Positions 31,001 to 39,492 of a stretch of 64,000 bases of DNA are shown piece by piece (position 1 is the stretch's first letter; each line of letters opens with the position of its first letter). The stretch comes from a virus, in the IMG/VR virus record IMGVR_UViG_3300030399_000348; one strand, given 5' to 3'. A program made the position numbers and the translations under genes. The notes below the pieces were generated by a model. It saw nothing but the letters and a program-made list of their open reading frames with translations, was not told the DNA's origin and did not search any database.

Positions 31001-31417
31001 CGCAAGGGCATTCAAGTTCGACTGAACCATCGAAGTCAGAGTGTTCTTCATCGTTAGAAGCAACGTGATGTTCATCTGAATAGCAGTGGCGAGGTTCGTC
31101 AACTGCGTCTGGTACATGTGGACTTGTTGCAGAAGCCGGATCGAGTCGGCAATGTATTTCGGTACGCGAGCGTGATGACCAAGTTGACCATCCACGGCGA
31201 GTTGGTTCATGCTTAGATAAGCATTGATCTCGCGGGTGATCGCCATCTTCTGTTCGAGGAGCCAATTGTTTGCATCCCCGACGCTGGCTTCGAGGAGCCT
31301 GCCATCCTCCATCGCCTTGTGGTAATACTGCTCGACGGTTGGGTCGCCCGCAGGGGTATGGCGGATGATTGCGCCCGGAACTGTGATCGGAAATAAACTA
31401 CCCGGTAAGCTTCCCAT
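28079..31417 (-). CDS. virion protein with CBM5/12-like and C1q-like modules
   Basis: WTVTANYLAGDVVVYNDVFYIAL (chitin-binding-like). VAFDQIDFD...YTIQAAGDY...F..GDVVQV (C1q-like). Confidence 0.6.
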   Translation of the reverse strand: MGSLPGSLFPITVPGAIIRHTPAGDPTVEQYYHKAMEDGRLLEASVGDANNWLLEQKMAITREINAYLSMNQLAVDGQLGHHARVPKYIADSIRLLQQVHMYQTQLTNLATAIQMNITLLLTMKNTLTSMVQSNLNALANLLNNICNWNLPKLPSLPVLLGGHFNWNGFQFSPLQAFAKSIGNLPNFNFNFSFSQCNLLSLANNPTSYPNSLTTLGGLIINPSGLFTPPLGGTIATGTETPAQMDAVTTPPVYGSTFNPNSSMLGAVPDPHTIISNYQMPAATYQSNIVSITPALRGDTIEPTDPDYTNPNLVVRQANLRKDLVHFITLEQVVASNYDPFITSAWLFYLQICRNGRGGNWITNFQAAYNQYIVPSLTSLANNPVPWNNVLGSLGDFYEGAWTVTANYLAGDVVVYNDVFYIALVANTASEPDTSPVGVWQTPLPTGIVYQNTPADIPLIDVLTAAGAGTQAQLNILWKLSYVEASLLGYTRTALWDGGGDSLYLSSFTGTDLDYKPTTVGTTTTSEILGSGTAAYPVSVIIPTSIKAVFDEVVAQATLNIANNTTYQSPYPKFKYVYDQFATATLVDRFTQFWRTFNYNLLTLLAQDPYLVSFVVTYEGALDSAIDPLGSPTDYNIVSADAASRNRSWTPGTPLLNIPTAPVVAYSDIIPPTSANNGWTGTTELNANAFLARPDIQALPIPTQIAMLRTNISFAGLNLFLQQATTEFNNQIANAQSILASAQQLGFHVTAVSDTTPTTSVPVAVAFDQIDFDMTGNVTNATTYTIQAAGDYAGFGQVVWDATTMGNYTITVLQNGTPIYTITTDPTASPADPLTVPFSFTGNFAVGDVVQVMASQNTGVNQNVLPTSYFSMLLTSATPVATTALVVTDEADQFTSDAPIAALVVVSVQPDGTVAPIDPTIPLISSVQIVGPHTVVVTVNAHNSVAGDLITFAGVLTAGFINGQAATVQAIGTDATHITATFATYTHANYTPTADTGYVLYAIDNTGVVLAPFPDGITTAPSGSAQGTPIVYPVPVATEYGGLFSVAGANFTVGGLLYAGLGGVVTQDFTSLITGSPNAAVGPVGWIICVGRAISATEFIYEPHIPTRFASFF

Positions 31418-33852
31418 TAACTATTCTCCCCTCCCGGCGCGGGCACCTGAGTTCCCTGCTGATTCACGATGTCTGGAGCCTGCGTAGTGTCGCGTGCCAA
31501 AGATGCGCTGAGGTTTTTCTGCTGCGTAAAGATTGTATCCGTCTTGCTGACGTGGTTCCACGTTACACATTCGGTTGTGAAATCGCCTGTGCTAAGGAAA
31601 CTGAAGTTCCCCTTCTGAACAATATCGATATCTCCCTGAAGTTCGATTTGAAGCGCCTTGCCGCTGTTGTTTGCCGCGATGGTGATCTGCACACCGCCGT
31701 CGAACGATGCTGTGACCGAACGCCCCTTGTTATCCTTACCGATAGTGGCTACCAGACCGCCTGCGGAATCGATCAGTATAGACTGTCCTGATACTGTGTT
31801 CTTTCCAACACGAACCAACAGGTCTCGCACCGAGTGGAAATCAAACGACAAGCCGTGCTGATCCATAGCCGAATTTGACAGGGCTGGGTTTGACGGGATA
31901 GGAGTGCCCAGCGATTGATAGGCTGCCAAGTTGTACGGAAGCATGTTTAGGGACGGTTGACCGGCCGTGGTCATATCGTGGAATGAGTATTTCGAATCCC
32001 CGCCGCCGTAGTTTGGGCGACCCACGGAATGAGAGTCCATGCGACCCGAATCCCCCACACCCCACGCTTGGACGCCGGGACCATCTATGTACCCGTTTAT
32101 CAGATGGCGACGTAATGCTGCTGGGTTACGAGCACCGAGACGAACAACCGCCGCACCATCGAATGCTGCTTGCAGCGAAATACTTTCAGCCCCCGTCTTG
32201 TTGTAGCCTGCGGCGTTGACCCCTGAATCTCCCGCGACCTTCAATCCAAGATGGTTAGAGTCCCAGTATTGCAACGTTCGGCTTGCTGGGGCATCGGATT
32301 TGCTACGAATCTGAGTCTGTACACTGCGGCGAGCGTCGGGCAACCCCTGATCGTCCGCTCCGAGGCGCACAACCACTTGTCCCAACGCCTGAAGATCGAT
32401 GGCTTCTTCCTCGTCGCGATTCTTACCGATGACCGCCTTGACACTGCCCACGAAATGAGCTTCCAGCGAACGACCCGCACCATGTGGGTGCTCATAACCG
32501 CCGCCGAATTGGTTGTTCTCCTTAGGAAGGGTGGAACCAATCTCCATGCTCGTGAATCCCTCTTTAGTCACATCGAGGCGAGTCGTGTTGTACTCATGCG
32601 GGAATCGGATTGCGAGAGCCGAGGCTGCAAGCCGAGCTTCAGCATGGTTAGGTGAATCCCCCACTGCCAGATAGCTCGAATCCACATCCGCACCGAAGCG
32701 GCCTTGTGATGTGTACGGGAATAGGACGGGCTTAAGCACATGTCCGTAGGTTCCCTTGTCGAAGCGGTTGTAGCCGACGAGCGTGCCTGCGACCTTCTCA
32801 ATAATAAACGCTCGACGTTGCGGAGTGGGTCCCTCATTCAGAGTCGGACCAACTGGTGTCGCTGTGGTGTCATACGGGTGGTCAACACCCTGCTTAATGA
32901 GGTACGTCTGATTATCAGCCAGAACGTTCGGAACGATAGCGGCGGTAGCGTTAGGGGCGGCAGCACTGGGGACCGGGGCTACCGCTTGCGTTACGGGGAG
33001 AGCACCAACGGATGTGCGAGTCCATGGCGACTGGGTAGTTCCGAGAAGTTGGTCGAACAGATCGGTCTGAAGAAGTTCCGCTGGCAGCGGGTAATCGAGG
33101 GCAAACTCCTGCGTGAGTTCCGTGTTTTCAACGAATGGAATTACGTCAGACTTGCCCGACACGTAACGGTCAGTCGGCTGCGACCCGGGAGCAAGATAGT
33201 ACACCCACTGGTAAGTCCCATCGGGGAGTACGGCGGAAATGATGTTGCTTGCATTCGGACGATTCACTGTGCCACGGAAGGACACGCCCGCGTCGGAATA
33301 CCCGACGTGCCGACCCGTGATCTGAGTCCATTGCCGACGTTCTGGGTCCAATCGATCACGACTGAAGTCATATCCGCCGCGATCCCAGCCTGTATCGATC
33401 TTCTCCGTGTAGCCGCCAGTGTAGGAGGCGGTCTTTTGTCCCGGATATGCCTTTCGATAGGTGCCGCGCAGACGGTCGGACTTTCCCTGAATCACTGAGC
33501 CCGAGACCGGGCGAGTGGCGATGGCGTCCAACGCTTTTGTGGCGTGACTGGTAATCCAGCTTATGATGGTGACTTCACTGAACCCCTGATTGTATACGGT
33601 GTGGCACGCCACGCATGTCGAGAACTGCTCGGGCATGTGGATGACCGTTCCCTCGACGGAGGAATGCTCACTCGGGAACAGGCTGACTTCCTTGTACGGG
33701 GTCTGGTCACGGATATCTTCAAGCGTCAGAACCATGCGCTCTTGGTCAACCGAGAGCACGCGACCGATGAAAAGCTCATACGTCATCTGTGCGCGTCCCC
33801 GCTTTAATGGGCCCGGGGAATAGAGGTTCGAGTTGTCCTGAACGTAATTCAT
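31417..33852 (-). CDS. baseplate spike/hub (gp5/VgrG-like) protein
   Basis: N-terminal IGRVLSVD OB-fold-like segment, C-terminal beta-repeats, located next to the hub gene. Confidence 0.55.
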   Translation of the reverse strand: MNYVQDNSNLYSPGPLKRGRAQMTYELFIGRVLSVDQERMVLTLEDIRDQTPYKEVSLFPSEHSSVEGTVIHMPEQFSTCVACHTVYNQGFSEVTIISWITSHATKALDAIATRPVSGSVIQGKSDRLRGTYRKAYPGQKTASYTGGYTEKIDTGWDRGGYDFSRDRLDPERRQWTQITGRHVGYSDAGVSFRGTVNRPNASNIISAVLPDGTYQWVYYLAPGSQPTDRYVSGKSDVIPFVENTELTQEFALDYPLPAELLQTDLFDQLLGTTQSPWTRTSVGALPVTQAVAPVPSAAAPNATAAIVPNVLADNQTYLIKQGVDHPYDTTATPVGPTLNEGPTPQRRAFIIEKVAGTLVGYNRFDKGTYGHVLKPVLFPYTSQGRFGADVDSSYLAVGDSPNHAEARLAASALAIRFPHEYNTTRLDVTKEGFTSMEIGSTLPKENNQFGGGYEHPHGAGRSLEAHFVGSVKAVIGKNRDEEEAIDLQALGQVVVRLGADDQGLPDARRSVQTQIRSKSDAPASRTLQYWDSNHLGLKVAGDSGVNAAGYNKTGAESISLQAAFDGAAVVRLGARNPAALRRHLINGYIDGPGVQAWGVGDSGRMDSHSVGRPNYGGGDSKYSFHDMTTAGQPSLNMLPYNLAAYQSLGTPIPSNPALSNSAMDQHGLSFDFHSVRDLLVRVGKNTVSGQSILIDSAGGLVATIGKDNKGRSVTASFDGGVQITIAANNSGKALQIELQGDIDIVQKGNFSFLSTGDFTTECVTWNHVSKTDTIFTQQKNLSASLARDTTQAPDIVNQQGTQVPAPGGENS

Positions 33853-36830
33853 TACTTAGTTCCCTGCTGGTTCGTGGTCGGGTACAAATCCTTTGGCGGT
33901 GACGAAGGACTAGATGTAAGCCCTATATTTGCAGTTGGATCGGGCGTTTGGCTGTCCGCCAGTGCTTCCATCGTCGCTTGCGTCGGAGAAATAGACCCAC
34001 TTACTAATACGGCGATTGCCTGCTGGGTGTTGGTGATGGTGCCCTGAAGTTTCTGGATAGCCGAGTTGACATCGGGCTGAGCAGTCGTCACCAAGCTGGA
34101 ATCGGACGGGCTGCTTTGCCCGCCAGAGTAGTTGAGGACGATGATGGTGGTATCGGGCGACACCGCCGTCAGGTTCATTGCCGTTTGCAACTGAGTGACC
34201 GTATCGCCCTGACCTGTGGGCGTAGCCAACCCCGCAGCGAGAAGCGCCTGCACCATATCCGGTGGGACGTAAGTGTCTGAAGAGGGTTGAGTTGGGGGAA
34301 TAATGTACCCCTCTTGAGTGAATTCTTTGAATGCTTGACGCAAGGTGATGTAGCGTCCCCATGGAAACGGTGAGACGACCTCGTAGCCCTTGGCGTCTGT
34401 GAATGGCATCGTGCGGCGGATGTCGTGGTAGTACCCAGAGTCCACGATTCGCTGGCTTACAAACACGCCTTTTTGATTAGTCTGTGAGTTCGGCACGTTC
34501 GGCTGACCGTAATTTCCCTGCTTACCCTGAGCGGCTTCAGCCGTTGTCGGCATTTCATACGCGCCGTAGGTGTCGTTTTGGATGCGGAAGCAGGCGGTCG
34601 CACTGTCCGTTTCTGTCCCCCACGAGCTTCCTATCTTGGTCTGTTGAAGTTTGAGCAAGGCCAATTCTTGGGTGGTCGGTGCTTGGTCCGGTGTCGTTGG
34701 AAGCGAAGCTGGAGTACCCACGGGGTTCGCTGGGGAATTTGGCGATGACGGAACAAGACAAGCGTTAGACGAGTTTGCGCTCAAAGAGGTAAACGGGCTC
34801 GACTGGGATGAACCGAGGGCGAGTTGGCTTCCTTGCGGGTACGTAGAATTTGACGTTGTGTTGGCTGACTGACCCGAGGTTGGCGGCGGGGGTGCGCTCG
34901 TCCATTGGAAAACCAGATTAGGCTGACTTGCAAAGACGGATATCGGGGCTCCCTTTGAATTCGTGCTTTGGGTCGGAATCAACGGTCTGCGACGGAGAGC
35001 GTCGAGGGTTACCGACATGGTTGCCTGTCCGCCCTGACTATACTGAATCTGAATCGACTTGATGTAGCCGTACATGTCTCGGTGCGGCAAAAACACAGGG
35101 AACCCCAGTTTGAGTTCTGGCCGCAGAGGGATCGTGCAGGTGTACGTGCGGTATCCACGATTGGCACGGACTGTTTCCGCCGCCGCATACGCGAACAAAC
35201 CCCACTTGTCCCCGTCGCGGAACCAACCGACAGATCGCGTAGGTTCCTCGCGAAGACCAAATTTCTGCAACTTCGGGATGTCGATGTATTCTACGGTCTC
35301 AAGGAAATCCTCGTTCCCGCCGAACTGAAATGACGGGCAGTAATTACCCCTTACCGTCATACGAGTGGTACGAACAGCCGCTTGATCTTCGGTTTCTTGC
35401 TCGTTGATGATTTCCGACAAGTAGAAGACGAACGGGTTGTTCGTGGCATTGATTTCGGTTATGGAGTTTGTCGGGTTGACGCCCACACTGGGGGTTGCCT
35501 TCGTACCCGAGTTAGGAATCGTGTTTCCCGCACTGCCGCTGCTCGCTGCGGGCGTAGTGTTGGTCGAAGTGCCGATGTTCGTTACATCCAGATTGTAGAG
35601 CGGTGGTTTGAAGATGATCTTACCATCGACATCCTGATACCCCTCGTACAGAAGGGTGTGGACAACCTGACGAACCTCGTCGAGACGGTTGACGATCTTG
35701 CTGTTCAAAAGCTGAACTGACGCAATTTCCATGTCTGGCAGGTATTGACGAATGGCAGGAAATGGGGTGTTAGAGCCGCCGATGCCTGCGGACAACGAGA
35801 AGTGCGCGAGTTGTGCGGCTTCACTATCCGTAGGGTACTTGTTGTCGCTGGCGGATCGTTTGTTTTGGTCCTGCGTGCCTTGGACATCCGAAATGTTGGT
35901 CAGAGCCAGCGTATTAGTCACGCCCGCATCCTTGTAGATAACTCCGTAAAGATGCACGTCCTTCTGAATGTTTTCCAGAATTTGCTGCCACTTCGGTGCG
36001 TAGCCCTGCACCACGGCGTCATGGTATGCGTCCGTTGGGTCTTTTATCAGTGGGCCGAATCCGGGACTGTTCTGGTTGACCGTGTGAACGTAGAAACCTT
36101 CCGTTGAAAGTCTCCGAATGAACATGTCGATAATCATCAGGTAGGGATTACAGTACGCCAAGTTCGTCTTTGTGGGCACCATTCCCATCGGAGAGTTCGA
36201 GATCGCAGCGGGAGCTAACTCCACCTGCATCAATTCGAGCATGTGAAGCGTGCCGTTACACTGCACTTGGATCGCGAGCATCTTGCCGTCATCGGTCACG
36301 GAGATGTGGCTGACCATCCCCTTAAACACTCGGCGAAGAAGCGTGGAACCATCGTTTCCGAAATAGTACCCCTTTGCGAAAACCTGCACCTGCATCATCG
36401 TCTGGATGAGGTTGTTTCCCCCCGGCATCTGGAAGAGGTGCTTAGCATGATTCGGCACGTTGATTTGAATGGAGGCGGACGGGACCAGATTCTCCGTGTC
36501 GTACCCGGCACTAAAGGCGGTGACGTAATCATTGAACCCCACGACGGTGTACGGGTTGTTCGTGTCGGGGTCGCCGATGAAGTAGTTAATCAGGTATGGG
36601 AACCCCTCAAAGTAGACGAGTAGATCAGGGGCCGTCTTGATGATCTCGCGCTCTTGAACTGTCTGCGAGATATTGCGAATCACCGATCCCGTGGGAGGAG
36701 GCGTGATCGTCCCCGCCGTTCCTGCGGGGGAATTACTGGACGGAGTAATCGCGTTCGGAAGCTCCGATGTTGTCGTCTGCACAGGACCCGTCGAATCGAT
36801 GATAGCCTGCTGCTCTGGTGTAAGAGGCAT
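33852..36830 (-). CDS. baseplate hub protein (gp27-like)
   Basis: RVFKGMVS, YQDVDGKIIFKPPLYN, KFGLRE and IPLRPELKLGFPV motifs of hub proteins. Confidence 0.7.
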   Translation of the reverse strand: MPLTPEQQAIIDSTGPVQTTTSELPNAITPSSNSPAGTAGTITPPPTGSVIRNISQTVQEREIIKTAPDLLVYFEGFPYLINYFIGDPDTNNPYTVVGFNDYVTAFSAGYDTENLVPSASIQINVPNHAKHLFQMPGGNNLIQTMMQVQVFAKGYYFGNDGSTLLRRVFKGMVSHISVTDDGKMLAIQVQCNGTLHMLELMQVELAPAAISNSPMGMVPTKTNLAYCNPYLMIIDMFIRRLSTEGFYVHTVNQNSPGFGPLIKDPTDAYHDAVVQGYAPKWQQILENIQKDVHLYGVIYKDAGVTNTLALTNISDVQGTQDQNKRSASDNKYPTDSEAAQLAHFSLSAGIGGSNTPFPAIRQYLPDMEIASVQLLNSKIVNRLDEVRQVVHTLLYEGYQDVDGKIIFKPPLYNLDVTNIGTSTNTTPAASSGSAGNTIPNSGTKATPSVGVNPTNSITEINATNNPFVFYLSEIINEQETEDQAAVRTTRMTVRGNYCPSFQFGGNEDFLETVEYIDIPKLQKFGLREEPTRSVGWFRDGDKWGLFAYAAAETVRANRGYRTYTCTIPLRPELKLGFPVFLPHRDMYGYIKSIQIQYSQGGQATMSVTLDALRRRPLIPTQSTNSKGAPISVFASQPNLVFQWTSAPPPPTSGQSANTTSNSTYPQGSQLALGSSQSSPFTSLSANSSNACLVPSSPNSPANPVGTPASLPTTPDQAPTTQELALLKLQQTKIGSSWGTETDSATACFRIQNDTYGAYEMPTTAEAAQGKQGNYGQPNVPNSQTNQKGVFVSQRIVDSGYYHDIRRTMPFTDAKGYEVVSPFPWGRYITLRQAFKEFTQEGYIIPPTQPSSDTYVPPDMVQALLAAGLATPTGQGDTVTQLQTAMNLTAVSPDTTIIVLNYSGGQSSPSDSSLVTTAQPDVNSAIQKLQGTITNTQQAIAVLVSGSISPTQATMEALADSQTPDPTANIGLTSSPSSPPKDLYPTTNQQGTK

Positions 36831-37972
36831 TATTTACTCCCAAAGGTCGGAGATGGAGTGGGGGTGTTCAAGATCGAGACTGGCGCAGCGCCCGGAGCAC
36901 CGCCAGTGGAGGGCACGCTCGTCGGTGTGTAATCGGATGTGTTCGGAGACGCAGACGGCAACGCGGGCACGGTTTGGGCGGTGGTTACCGATGGTGTGTT
37001 CGGATTTACGTTAGTGGTCGGAGGCGGTGCCAAGCCTACCACGTTGTCCAATGACGACGGTAGGCGGGACGAAGCTGGCAATCCCTGTGCGAGCACCTGA
37101 GGGTCGATAGCTTTTTGGTAGGCAGAATATGCGTTCCCACGTTGCACGTCGTTCTTGATCTGGTTGTTGTACGGCGAGGTGGGGCGGAAACGCTCCTTCC
37201 ACGCAATAAACGTGAGATTAAAATCTGCAAGAAACGGTGCGTCGGCGTTCTGAGAAATCTCTAGTTGCTCAAACATGCCGTACCAAACAAAGTTTCCAAC
37301 TGTGAGTTCCACGTCCTGATGCATCTTGATACGGCGGCGTGCGAAATTAGCGGCCAGTGGTCCCTCATTCGCCTGCTCGCCCTCGAACCAGTAACCGTTG
37401 TTCTCGAAAACTATCTGAAGCTGTTCCAGATTGCGGTAAGATTGACTGTACTGCTGATACCGATCCGTGATTCCAAACGCCCAGTATTGACCCGCCGTCT
37501 TTCCGTGGAGCGTGATCTGGACGGAATCCTCACCCCAGATACCGAACTGCCAGCCGGAACGAGCGAACGCCTGTGCGTCCAGCGTTGAGCGACTGACCTG
37601 AACCTCGCTCGGGTTGATGAGAAACCGATAGGTCGCGTTTGTGGATGAGTCTGGTGTCCCCGACGCCGACTGACCGCGATTGAGAATGCGAATCGTCACG
37701 TAATCCACATACGGGCGTAACGCAGCGTGAACATAAAAATCGTCATACTGGACAAGCTCAGTACGACCTGTATTTGCGTACCCCTTATCCTCAGGCGAAT
37801 CCATGCCTGATTGGTCATAAAGCTGCTCGAACTGATCGCTCATCGCGCTCGGATTTATTGGGACAGGGAGGATGCGCTTCTCACCGCGAATGGGGAGCGT
37901 CTTCGCCGAGTTGCTGGTGTTACCGCCCGCAGCCTGCGTCTGTACGTCGCTAATGTCGTTTGGATTTGGCAT
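36830..37972 (-). CDS. tail tube initiator/baseplate structural protein
   Basis: FLINPSEVQVS...RSGWQFGIWGEDSVQITLHGKT...WYGMFEQLEI..NADAPF pattern. Paralogous to the C-terminal half of the adjacent gene. Confidence 0.55.
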   Translation of the reverse strand: MPNPNDISDVQTQAAGGNTSNSAKTLPIRGEKRILPVPINPSAMSDQFEQLYDQSGMDSPEDKGYANTGRTELVQYDDFYVHAALRPYVDYVTIRILNRGQSASGTPDSSTNATYRFLINPSEVQVSRSTLDAQAFARSGWQFGIWGEDSVQITLHGKTAGQYWAFGITDRYQQYSQSYRNLEQLQIVFENNGYWFEGEQANEGPLAANFARRRIKMHQDVELTVGNFVWYGMFEQLEISQNADAPFLADFNLTFIAWKERFRPTSPYNNQIKNDVQRGNAYSAYQKAIDPQVLAQGLPASSRLPSSLDNVVGLAPPPTTNVNPNTPSVTTAQTVPALPSASPNTSDYTPTSVPSTGGAPGAAPVSILNTPTPSPTFGSK

Positions 37973-37973
37973 G

Positions 37974-39488
37974 TTATGATCCTGTTGACGGACCCGGAGG
38001 TGCGGGGCTCGGCAACGCTAGTGATGGCGTTTGGCGGCTGTTTAACGGAGCATTCGTCAGTGTGGGAACCGCTGGTGCGGACGGGATGTAGTACGCCGTG
38101 AGCGTGAGTTCTACTTGGAACACAAAGTTGAAGTTCCACTGAAACGGCTTCTCGGCATCCATCGTCCAAGAAAGCGACTTAAAGTACCCTTGGTACAAAT
38201 TGTTTCTGAACGCCATCACAACGTACCCCTTGGAACGTACTTCGTTGTTTTTGGAGTTCTGTTGAAAGTTGGTAGCGCCCGAATTTGTCTGCCACACGGC
38301 GGGTGCGACCTGCGATTGACTCAACTGGTTGGAGTCGGTCGTCGTGGCTCCCGTGTACCACACGTTGCCGTTCATCTGGAACAGCTTCAGGAACTCGACG
38401 AAAGCGTCTTGAGCCGCCACACGATACGCTTCTGGGTTCTGTGCAACCGCCATCTCCACATCGGGGTCGTTGCTAAACGCCATGCCGACCTTCGTGGCGA
38501 TGTCATCTGTGGTGTTGGCGGTGCTGAAATAGTCCGTGATTCCGAACTGATTCATGAAAACGCCCGTGGAAGCCGTCCCAGTGATGGTGTCGGCAGCCAT
38601 ACCCCAAAAAGTGATGTGCATTCCCGTGCGCGTGGGCTGGCGATTGAAGATGTGCTTGCTCAGAATGTTGTAGTTCGTCAACGAGGCGTTCAACTGCACC
38701 GTGATTGGACTAAGTGTGGTGGGGTTCAGCAACAGGGAGTTGCTTGACTGGCTCAAATAAACTTGAAACGACACGGGGAGTACGAGCCTCCCGTTAGCCA
38801 AATTGCCCGTGCTGTTGCGAACGCGCTGGTTGCCCGTGAGCAAGTTGTAATCGCTGTACCACGGAATCGCGCTCATGCTGGCATCGGTGATCTGAAGATT
38901 CTGAGAAATGGCAGTGGCTTGCACGGCCTGCGGACTATAAACGGTCGCACCTGCGACGGGCGTTGCAGCACCGACGTTGAAGCCGAGCGGGGCGGGCACG
39001 GTGTTGCCCGCCGAAGCTGCGTCGGTCGGCTGTACTTGTCCCGGCAGGGTTCCCTGTAGCGTCAGCTTATTGGCTGGTAGAATCTGAAGAGCGGGGGTGA
39101 CGAGGACGGCTCCACTGGCGATCATCCCGAGTCTCGTGGATGGATTAACGCCCAGTGACGCCGCGACGTTCTTTATCCAAGTCGTGTCATTCGGCACGAG
39201 GATCGGTCCTATGACGCTCAGCGGAGTCTTGTTGGGATTGTAACTGAAAGTGCTGTTATCCCCATTCAGGATGTGGGCGGCTTGAGCTTGCAATGCCGCA
39301 TTCCCCATTTGAGGCGTCCCATAGATGGTATTTCCCATGCTGTCCACACCAAAACCCACATCGCCGTTTTTCAAGTTGCCCGGATTGTTGTTAGAGTTCG
39401 GTATGGAGCCCACAACGTTGTACCCGTTCGCCAAAGCAATAGCATTAGCGAGAGAGACCACAATCGGGTTGGAAGATAGAATCGGCAT
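37974..39488 (-). CDS. tail structural protein with N-terminal NNNPGNL lysozyme-like domain
   Basis: AIALANG...NNNPGNLK at the N-terminus. C-terminal TRTGMHITFWG...YQGYFKSLSWTMDAEKPFQWNFNF. Confidence 0.6.
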   Translation of the reverse strand: MPILSSNPIVVSLANAIALANGYNVVGSIPNSNNNPGNLKNGDVGFGVDSMGNTIYGTPQMGNAALQAQAAHILNGDNSTFSYNPNKTPLSVIGPILVPNDTTWIKNVAASLGVNPSTRLGMIASGAVLVTPALQILPANKLTLQGTLPGQVQPTDAASAGNTVPAPLGFNVGAATPVAGATVYSPQAVQATAISQNLQITDASMSAIPWYSDYNLLTGNQRVRNSTGNLANGRLVLPVSFQVYLSQSSNSLLLNPTTLSPITVQLNASLTNYNILSKHIFNRQPTRTGMHITFWGMAADTITGTASTGVFMNQFGITDYFSTANTTDDIATKVGMAFSNDPDVEMAVAQNPEAYRVAAQDAFVEFLKLFQMNGNVWYTGATTTDSNQLSQSQVAPAVWQTNSGATNFQQNSKNNEVRSKGYVVMAFRNNLYQGYFKSLSWTMDAEKPFQWNFNFVFQVELTLTAYYIPSAPAVPTLTNAPLNSRQTPSLALPSPAPPGPSTGS

Positions 39489-39492
39489 TTAT

